Source: Actinomycetota bacterium (lineage in GTDB: Bacteria; Actinomycetota; Acidimicrobiia; Acidimicrobiales; CADCSY01). From it: a stretch of DNA of 64,000 nucleotides. This document shows, in pieces, positions 1-8,600 of this stretch. The DNA is taken from positions 2,425 to 66,424 of the forward strand of contig JAHWKL010000002.1 of NCBI GenBank assembly GCA_019347915.1, in the 5' to 3' direction. The notes beneath the pieces were generated by a model, which was given only the letters and a program-made list of their open reading frames with translations, ran no database searches and was not told the DNA's origin. Position 1 is the stretch's first letter; the number at the start of each line of letters is the position of its first letter. The position numbers and the translations under genes were made by a program.

Positions 1-355
1 GGTACAGCAAACGTGCCCGCCGTTCCGCGTGCTCACCGACGGCAAGGGCTTGGCTGCGCGCCGTCCGTCGAACGGTTGCGGGTGGGCGCGTGACACCGAG
101 TCGATGGGATTCACCATGGCTGGGGGTGGGCCCGTCGATGGACAAGCGCCGCGCACCGAGGTCACCCAGGTGATGTCAAATCTCCCGAGCGGACGGGACA
201 ATGTCCCTGGACAGCGGGACAAACAGCTCTGCATGCTCTCCCCGAACACAATTGCGAAATGCATCGAGCTCGCCACGCCGCGTTGAGAACGGATGCTGCC
301 ATGATGACAGCCGCTCACCCGCCCGCCGGGCGCTGGGAACAGCCACGGGCCTCCG

Positions 356-1207
356 GTGGCTGACGCCGAGCGCTCGGCCCGTCTGCGTCGCCGCCTGCAC
401 CGCAGTGTCCGAGACAGGCACGGACCGAGGCGCAACAGGGCTCGCCTGGCCGCCGTCGCCGCTGGCGTGGCCCTGGCCGTGTCGGTACCAGTCCTTCGGA
501 CTTCTCCCACCCAGCAACTGACGGTCCGGGACGCTGGAGCAGCCACCACCCCTGGCGTCCGTCCCCCCCGAGCCGTGGCCACGGCGATCACCACCACCAC
601 CACGGTTCCCCCCGCCCCAGCCGTGGCCACGCCGACCACCACCACGCCGGTGACCACTCGGGCCTCGGCCGACGAGGCCGAGGGGCCGGAGGCAAGCTTG
701 GGCCCGGCCAGTGCTCCGTCGCAGAACGACCATGGCGCCCCCGCGTCATCTCCTGGATCCCCGGTTCCCTCGGGGCCAACCACGCCGGCCGCGTCGAGCG
801 CGACCACGACACCGTCCACGGCCAGCGAGTCGCCTTCGACGACCGTTCCGGCACCGGTGCTGACCATGGACGTCTCCTACGAGGAGCCGGTACGGGCGGG
901 GGACACGGTGACATGGATGCTCACCGTCACGAACAACGGCGGACCGGCGACGCTTGTCTTCCGGTCCGGCAAGAGCGGCGAGGTGCTCCTGACCTCGGAG
1001 AGCGGTCGCGTCGTCTACCACTCCAACCGGGACATGGCGTGGGCGGCGGTCTACCGGGAGGAGCCACTGGGCGCCGGCGCCAGCGTCACCTACACCGTCG
1101 CCGGACCGCCCCTCGACATCGAGCCGGGGCAGTACCTCCTCACCGCCAACCTGGTTTCCGAGCCCGCCCCCACCACGGTCACCCGCACCATCACGGTGAC
1201 GCCCTGA
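356..1207 (+). CDS. Secreted or membrane-anchored Pro/Thr-rich protein with C-terminal BsuPI/CARDB-like beta-sandwich (protease-inhibitor-like) domain
   Basis: 283-aa ORF with GTG start. Arg-rich N-terminus, then hydrophobic helix LAAVAAGVALAVSVPVL, then a ~130-aa P/T/S/A linker. The C-terminal ~110 aa (DTVTWMLTVTNNGGPATLVFRSGKSGEVLL..GRVVYHSNRDMAW..LGAGASVTYTV..IEPGQYLLTANL) follows the strand pattern I associate with the BsuPI intracellular proteinase inhibitor fold. Confidence 0.6.
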   Translation: MADAERSARLRRRLHRSVRDRHGPRRNRARLAAVAAGVALAVSVPVLRTSPTQQLTVRDAGAATTPGVRPPRAVATAITTTTTVPPAPAVATPTTTTPVTTRASADEAEGPEASLGPASAPSQNDHGAPASSPGSPVPSGPTTPAASSATTTPSTASESPSTTVPAPVLTMDVSYEEPVRAGDTVTWMLTVTNNGGPATLVFRSGKSGEVLLTSESGRVVYHSNRDMAWAAVYREEPLGAGASVTYTVAGPPLDIEPGQYLLTANLVSEPAPTTVTRTITVTP

Positions 1208-1296
1208 CAGCACCGGCGAGGGTGGCCCTCGAGGGTCGGTGGCCGACTGAGACCGACCCCCAGGCCCGCATGATGTGCCGGTACTAACCTCCCGCT

Positions 1297-2628
1297 GTGA
1301 GGACGCGGCGGACGACGTGGGTCGGCGCGCTCGTTGCCGTCGTGCTGATTGCCCTGGTGGGTTGCGGGCAAGACGGGAGCGGCGAGGCATCGCCGCCGTC
1401 CTCCACCACAGCGGCCGCCGACACGGACGCGAAGTGCGCGGCGGCCGTCGCATCCATCGTCTCGGCGACCGAACGTTACGTCCGCAGCTACGAGTCCCGG
1501 CGGGCTGTCGCGGCGGACACCGCGACTGGACAAGATCGCTCCACGACGACCACCGGGCCGACGGATAGTGACCCTGACACCTTGACCGAAGCCGGCTTCC
1601 GGGCAACCCTCGGGGAGGCTGAGGCGGTGCTCACGGAGCAGGGGTGCGACCCGGCGCGGACGCGAGCCGAGCTGACCGGTGGGCTGAGCCGGGTGTCGGC
1701 CGAGGACCCTGTCGCCGATGCGATCCTGCGGCAGCTCACCGCCAGCATCACCGGAGAAGCGGCCACGGAGCCGACCGTGACGGCGGTCGCCGTCGGCGAC
1801 GACCTGCGCGACGCGCTGGCGATGTCACCCGACGGGTCGACGTTGCAGCTCGAGGCCGGCGAGTACCGGCTGGACGGCCCGCTCGTGCTCCTCGCCGGCA
1901 TCGAGATCCGAGGCGCCGGTCGCGACGCCACCACGATCGTGTCCACCGCCGCCGAGACAGCGGTGCTGGCGCTGACCGAACGGCGCGTGGAGCTGACCGG
2001 GCTGACCGTTCGCCGCGAGGGTGACGCCCCGGGCTCGGTGGTGCTCGGCGGCCCGGCGGCGTCGATCGTGGTCTCCGAGGCACGGCTGACCGGCGGCAAG
2101 GCCGACAGTGACGGGCAGGGGGGCGCCGGCATCCTGATGTACGCCGCCGGAGACGATGCCGCCGGGCGGGGGACGACATTGGAGGTGACCGACGCTGAGC
2201 TGCGCGACAACCAAGCCGCCGGGATCGTCCTCACCGGTGGTCACCGGTCCAGCATCGTCGGCGCCGTCTTCGCCTCGAACGGCCAGTGCGGGATCTGCTT
2301 CCTCGACGCCAGCGACGGTTCCGTGGAGGACAGCACCTTCGACGGCAACGGCGTCGGCATCGCCGTCGCCGGCACGGCCGCACCTGCGCTGCTGCGCATC
2401 TCCGTCACCGGCGGCGAGGTTGGCCTCCAGGTCAGCGACTCGGCGGCACCGGCGGTGGAGGGCGCCACGATCTCGGGCTCGGCCCGTGCCGCCGTGATCT
2501 ACTCCGGACCTGCGGCGGGAAGCCTCGACCGGGTCACCTGCCAGAACGTCCCCTTCGGGGTCGTGGTCGGGAACGAGTCACGCCCCCACCTCGGCGACGT
2601 CGATTGCGAGCTCACCCGATCGGGGTGA
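1297..2628 (+). CDS. Lipoprotein with right-handed parallel beta-helix (PbH1/NosD-like) repeats
   Basis: 443-aa ORF with GTG start. Signal peptide plus lipobox (ALVAVVLIALVGC|GQDG). The C-terminal two thirds consist of successive ~22-25 aa G/A/V-rich turns (GAGRDATTIVS.., LTGLTVRREG.., GILMYAAGDD.., AGIVLTGGHRSSIVGAVFASNGQCGICFLDASDGSVEDSTFDGNGVGIAV..) typical of pectin-lyase-fold beta-helices. Confidence 0.75.
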   Translation: MRTRRTTWVGALVAVVLIALVGCGQDGSGEASPPSSTTAAADTDAKCAAAVASIVSATERYVRSYESRRAVAADTATGQDRSTTTTGPTDSDPDTLTEAGFRATLGEAEAVLTEQGCDPARTRAELTGGLSRVSAEDPVADAILRQLTASITGEAATEPTVTAVAVGDDLRDALAMSPDGSTLQLEAGEYRLDGPLVLLAGIEIRGAGRDATTIVSTAAETAVLALTERRVELTGLTVRREGDAPGSVVLGGPAASIVVSEARLTGGKADSDGQGGAGILMYAAGDDAAGRGTTLEVTDAELRDNQAAGIVLTGGHRSSIVGAVFASNGQCGICFLDASDGSVEDSTFDGNGVGIAVAGTAAPALLRISVTGGEVGLQVSDSAAPAVEGATISGSARAAVIYSGPAAGSLDRVTCQNVPFGVVVGNESRPHLGDVDCELTRSG

Positions 2629-5600
2629 CGGCGGGCCGGAGACACCGCCGGGGTGAGGGGCCATGAATGCCGGCGCTCGGCTACATCCGGCACGGGCAGC
2701 TCACTGAGCTGACTCCCTGGCGGCGTCGGGACCATGAGGTCGCTGTCGTCGTGGTCGTGGTCCGCCTGGGAGTGGACCGCGGACTCCTGCGCCAGGACCT
2801 GGGCGGCGGCGGCCTCCACCTGGTCCTCGACCGGGGGGACGCCCGTCTCCTCGCCGGCTGGCGCCTCGGCCGCCACCACCAACAGCCCCGCACCGGAGTC
2901 GCTGTCCAGCAAGGGGTACCGGGAGGTGACCGCGCCCTCGGGGGCGTCCTCCGACTCGTCGTGGCCAGGTCTGGGGCCGACCACCACGACGGGGGCCATC
3001 ACCGGGTGCTCCTCGGCGTGATCATGGTCGAGGCCGAGCACGTGGCCCACCTCGTGAACCACCACGGCCAAGGCGTCGACGGCGCCATCGAGCAGCGTGG
3101 CCCCCGGCACGGCCACCGGGTCGACGTACCAGCCGTGGCCGGCGGCGTCGACGTCGAGGTAGATGGTCTCGGCGTGGGTCTGGCCCAGGTAGGTGCCGGA
3201 GAGGTCGGCCACGGCGAAGCGCAGCTGGTCGAGGGCCGCCAGGCGCGGCGAGCCGGCACCGAGCACCGCCGTCCAATGGGCCCTGGCCTGCTCGACCAGC
3301 AGGGCCAGGGTCGCCTGGTCGAGGCGGGCCGGCGAGGACGAGGCCGCCACCTCCTCGGTCACCAGCGCCGACGTCGTGGTGAGGAACGCCTGGTCGTTGG
3401 TCTTGATGCCCACGGTGTCGAACGAGGTGGTGCCTGCCTTGCTCAGCAAGCCGAAGCCCCCGTCCACCACGCCGGCGTTGAACCACCAGCTCAGGGCCAT
3501 CTGGCCATCGACGGTGACGGTGACGCCTCCCCCGAGTAGTGACACCTGCAGGAGATGGTCGGTCGCCGGGAGGAGCGGGCGGGCCACCGAGGCGTCGACG
3601 ACCCAGCCCGTACGGGGGTGACGATGGCCGATCAGCACCAGGCCGGAGCGCACGTCGAGGGCGACGAACTTGAACGTGTCGTCGCCGTACCGGTCGAAGA
3701 CCACCCCGCCGAGGGCGTCGGTGGCCAGGGTGGCCTGCAGCTCCAGCCATGAGTTGGGCGACAGGCCGCCGATGCCGAGGTCGACCACCCGGACCGCCTC
3801 GGGCTCGACCCCCGGGCTGCCGAGGTAGCGGCCGCCGGACGCCTCCCAGGTGCCGGAGGCGTCCCCGGTGAACAGGTCGGCCACGCCGTCGGCGAAGTCC
3901 TCGGTGTGGTCGAAGGTCACCTGGGGCGGCAGCACCCGCACGGCCACGTTGTCGAACTTGCCGCGGGAGTTGTTCGAGCCCACGCCGACCAAGCCCTTGT
4001 TGAGCCCGTAGGACACGTCATCGATGACACGAGCGGGGAAGGTGTGGGTGAAGGCGCTCTTGCCGTCGATCACCACGGTGACGGTGGTGCCGTTGATCGC
4101 CACCAGCAGCGAGTAGAAGGTGTCCGCCTTGAGCTGGAGGGGGATGTTCGACTGCACGTCGACGACCCACCCGGCCGGCGTTCGGCGGCCCATCTCGATC
4201 TTGTTCGTGGACACGTTGATGCCGGCGAAGCTGAAGTCGGTGGGCGACCAGTAGTCGAAGATGACGTAGGCGTTGGCCTTCCAGCCCGCCAGCGGCTTCC
4301 GAGCGAGCACCGAGGCGGCGATCTCGAAGTACACCGGCTTGTAGCCGTCCACGTAGAACACCGCGGCCGCGTCCTGTCCCAGCGAGGCGGCGCCCACGCT
4401 CAGGGTGCCGTCACCCACCTCCCACGTGCCGGAGTCCACCGCGAAGCCCTGCAGCCCGCCGTCGTTGAAGTCCGCCGAGCGCAGCACGTCGCGCCGCCCG
4501 CCGGGGACGTTGCCGGGCTGGGGGTCGCGCGGTCCGCCGGTCTGGTCCTGCCACAGGCCATGGTCCTTCTGGGTCACCAAGCCGAGCTCGCCGTAGGGCT
4601 CGCCGTTGCGGGCGGCGAACTCCGGGTTGGCCAGGGCGAGGGTCTGGTCGGCACCCTGGGCCTCGGAGAGGGCGTAGAGGAACTCGGGCAGCTGCGGCTG
4701 CACCTGGCGGCTCACGGCAGCGGAACCGAACGGCGCGAACGGGACGATGTAGCTGTTGAACTCGCCGACCCAGTCGATGAGCCGGTCACCGCCGGTGTTG
4801 CCGATGAGGACGTCGAGCCCGGCGCCACCAAAGGCGCGGTCCTCGTAGGTGGTGTGCGTGTCGGTGGTGTCGTTGAGGTTGCCGTTCGTCGTCAGATCGT
4901 CGTCGCCGTTCAGCAGGTCGTTGCCCCAACCGCCCCACAAGGTGTCGCGACCGGTGCCTCCGATCGCCCAGTCGTTGCCGTGGTCGCCGAAGAGCACGTC
5001 GTCGCCGTCGGTGCGGATGGTCGTGCTGCCGCTCACCAAGCGCCCGTCGGCGGCATCGTGGTTCAGGAGCCACTGGTGGCAGCCGGCGGTACCGGCGTCG
5101 GAGAAGGTGCACGTGCCGTTCGTCTTGCTGGCGGTGCCGTCGGCGTTCAGCGTGATCAGCCGGCGCGGGTCGTACTCGTCGTAGAGGGCGTGGTTGCCGG
5201 TGGTGACGTCGTAGCCGACGAGGTTGCGGGCCGCCCACGGCCGGTGGAAGTCGTTGCGGGCGATGCCGACCGGGGCGCCGTTGCCGTAGACGACGACGTA
5301 GGACAGCGCCAACGCCTCGGCACCGGAGACGGCGTCGTCCCCCGAGCCGGCGTGGAGGAAGTCGTCGTCCCAGCCGCCGAAGATCACGTCGTCGGCCCAC
5401 CGGGGGCGGTAGAGCTCGTCGTCGACCTGTACGTCGCTGGCCGGCACCCGTGGGTTGAGGGCGAACGGCGTGAGGTCGACGCTCTTGTTGAGCTTGCCGG
5501 TCGGGTAGATGATCGCCACCTGGATGCGGCCCGGCGTGGTGATCTCCTGCTGGGCGTTGGCCGAGGTGAGGCCGTTGAGCGGCTCCGTCTTGCCGTTGCG

Positions 5601-8600
5601 GCTGGTGAAGATGCGCCCGTCGTCGCCGAGGACGCCGTCGCTGCCGGTGCCGCCGGACATCCAGTCGTGGCCCCAGCCGCCGATCACGTCGTCGTCGCCG
5701 GCGTCGCCGAACACGACGTCGTTGCCGCCGCCGACGTAGACGGTGTCGTCACCCGTCTCGGCGTGGACCTCGTCGGCGCCCCAGATCTGGCTCGGGCCGG
5801 CGGCGGGGTCATTGAAGATCAGACCGCTGCCGGGCAGCGAGTCCGGGACGTTGGTCTGGCTCCCGCCGAACAGGTCGGGCCGACGGTCGGGGCCACCGGC
5901 GATGTAGTCGAGCAGCGTGACGGCCCGCACGATCAGCTTCAGGCCGCTCGCCGAGTAGTCGTCGTAGTTGAAGCGCAGGAAGCCACCGCTGTGGGCCACG
6001 CCGGTCGGCGCCGGCCCCGCCCCGACGACGAGCCGGTAGACGTTGCCGTTGTCGCCGACGATCGTGTCGGCGTCGCGGGCGTGGGCGTCGGTCGCCACGG
6101 CGCCGGTGGGCAGGGCGTCCGCGTTGCGGGCGATCTGGGTGCCGGCGCCGCCGAAGAGCAGGTCACCGACGTCGGGGCGCTGGGCGTCGACCACGAGCGA
6201 GAACAGGCTCGAGTTGCCGCCGATGACGTCGTCTTGGCCGAGGCCGCCGAAGACGACGTCGCGCCCGCCGCCACCCTCGATGTAGTCGTCGCCGTCGGTC
6301 GTGCGCTCCACCGAGGGCCGCACCCACAGGTCGCCGGCGGCGTCGCGGCCGGCTCCGAGCCTCTGGCCGCCGACGCGCCGGTCGATGTCGCCGTCGCCTT
6401 GGACGACGTCGTCGCCGAGCTGGGCGAAGATCGTGTCGTCACCGGCGCCACCGGCGACGTGGTCCCCACCGAAGCAGGTGCACGAGGTGTCCCAGGCGTG
6501 GTCCTCGAGCGTGATGGCGAAGTCGGCCCATGCCGTGGCGTGCCCTGAGGGGTCGAGCTGCCAGTACAGCCGGGCCGCCAGGTCGGTGCGGCCGTTGATC
6601 AGGGCGGTGCCGGCCTCCGCCAGCGTGGTGGCGTAGATCTGCGAGCCCTCGAGGGTGCGGAAGCGCGGGTTGCGGGAGTCGCCGAAGGTGGCGGTGCGGT
6701 CGAGGTCGACGTTGTCGCCGAAGACCAGGTCGCGGCCGTCGCCGCCGTCGAGGTCGTCGCCGGCGGTGCCGCCGATGAGCACGTCGTCGCCGCCCTCGGC
6801 GTAGATCGTGTCGCTGCCACCGAGGGCGTTGTCGGTGACCTCCACCTTGACGACGTGCAGGGTGTCGGCCCGCACGTCCCAGGTGGTCCGTCCGTGGTCG
6901 CCGAGGGCGATGTCGTCGCCGCCGCCGAGGCGGATGACGTCGCCCAACGCACCGCCGAGCACCACGTCGATGCCGCTGCCGGTGGTGATGGTGTCGGCGC
7001 CGCCTACGGTCGGATCGGTCGTGAGGAGCACGCCGGCCGACAGCGGCAGGTTGCCCCAGCGCCGCACCTCGGCGGGCAGGGCGTCGAAGCGCCCGTTGTC
7101 GCCGAGCACGATGTTGCGGCCGTTGCCGGCGTGGACGGTGTCGCCACCGACGCCGCCGAAGACCACGTCGTCGCCTTCGCCGGTGGTGACGGTGTCGTCG
7201 CCGCCGAGGGTGACGGCGGTGGTCCAGATGCGGTCGATGTCGGCGGGGTCGCCGTCGAGCAGCACCCAGTCGACGAAGCCGTGGTCGCCGAGGACGACGT
7301 CCCAGGTGTCGGTGCCGGAGGACGGTCGGGTGGCGTTCGTGGTGATGCCGTCGCCGGCGGCGCCGCCGAGCACGACGTCGCGACCGGTGCCGGTGGTGAT
7401 GGTGTCGGCGCCGCCGATGGTCGGGTCGACGGTGATGACGAGGCTCACGAGCCGCTCCACGCCGTCGGTCTTGTCACCGGGGCCACCGTGGCCGTACACC
7501 GCCGGGGCGACGGCCTCCAGGGCAGCCAGCTGGGTTGGAGTGGGGACGACGCCACCCAGGCCCGCCACCGGGATGCCGAGGGCGGCGTCGAACCAGAGAA
7601 GTCGTCCCCGGTCGCCGAAGACGATGTCGCCGCCGGTGCCGCCATGGATCGTGTCCGTGCCCTGACCACCGAAGACCACGAGTGGGAGGGTCGATGGCTC
7701 TGCGCTCACGAGATCGTCGTCGGTCGTGGAGGCGTGCGTGCCGGTGGACGAGAAGGAGTCCGTCCGGCTGTGGCGAACCTCGACGATGCCGTTCCCGGCG
7801 ACGAGGAGGCTGACCGTCTCGCCGTCGATCTCGAAGTCGGAGGCGTCCAGCACGACACCGTTGAGCAGGACGACGACCGAGTCGGTCGCCAGCAATCCGG
7901 CCACCTGCACGTCGCGCTCGGCTTCGGTGACGAAGCCGTGGGCGACCAAGGTCCGGTCGATGGCGACGACCGTCGCCTGCAGCACGCCGGCGACGTGGAC
8001 CGGGCTGACGGCCAGGAGCACGCCCAGGATGGGGTGCAGGACCGCCTGACCGGGCCCCAGGGCGGGGCTGGTGCCGATGAGCACGCTGTCGACGGTGTCC
8101 GCCGGCCTCGTGTCCGATCCACCGGAGGGCGCTCCGCCTGCGCCGGCGGGGACACCGACGACCTGCTGGTAGGGGCCCTGGGTGTCGAGGACGAAGAACC
8201 CGTCCTCGCCGGCCTGCAGATCGACGGTCACCAGGTCGTTGCCCAGACCAGTGTTGAGGCTGGTCACGGTGCGGACACCGGGCGCCTGGTGCGTGGCATC
8301 GACGGCGATGGTGTCGTTCCCGTGCCCGGCCCAGTAGGTGATGCCGTCGGCGAAGTTGCCGGCGGTGCGGTAGGTGATGCCGCGGCCGGCGAGGCCGACG
8401 AGGTAGATCTGGGCATCCGTGGCCAGTTCAGCATCCGCGGTGGCCCGGCCATCCTGGGCCAGCGCCGTGGTCCGCACCGAGGTGACGACGGCGTCCTTGC
8501 CGACCGTGTCCGCCTCGTCGCTGACCATCAGCAGGTGGCGCCCGTCACCGGCGTCGATGTTGAGGGTGCCGGCGAAGTGGTCGAGGGTGCCACCGAGGAA

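Noticed and set aside
29-733. ORFs 29..286 (+), 176..733 (-) and 201..521 (+) at the left edge.
   Set aside because: They are mutually overlapping, have low-complexity R/G/P-rich translations, and lack an RBS or recognisable family. The region is better explained as the upstream region of the 356 gene. A short minus-strand ORF starting at ATG 117 and running off the left edge cannot be evaluated.
2499-3000. Search for an LPXTG sortase signal, C-terminal TM anchor, or T1SS-type C-terminal signal in the giant protein.
   Set aside because: None was seen. The C-terminus is acidic and then R/S/P-rich, without a hydrophobic segment. The only LPTG string (..ALPTGPSG..) is internal to an array module.
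2667-3750. Plus- and minus-strand alternative ORFs over the 3' end of the giant gene (2667..3539 +, 3022..3750 -, and others).
   Set aside because: They are out-of-frame or antisense overlaps with R/P/G-rich products. The giant-gene frame carries the LamG and HExxH signatures here.
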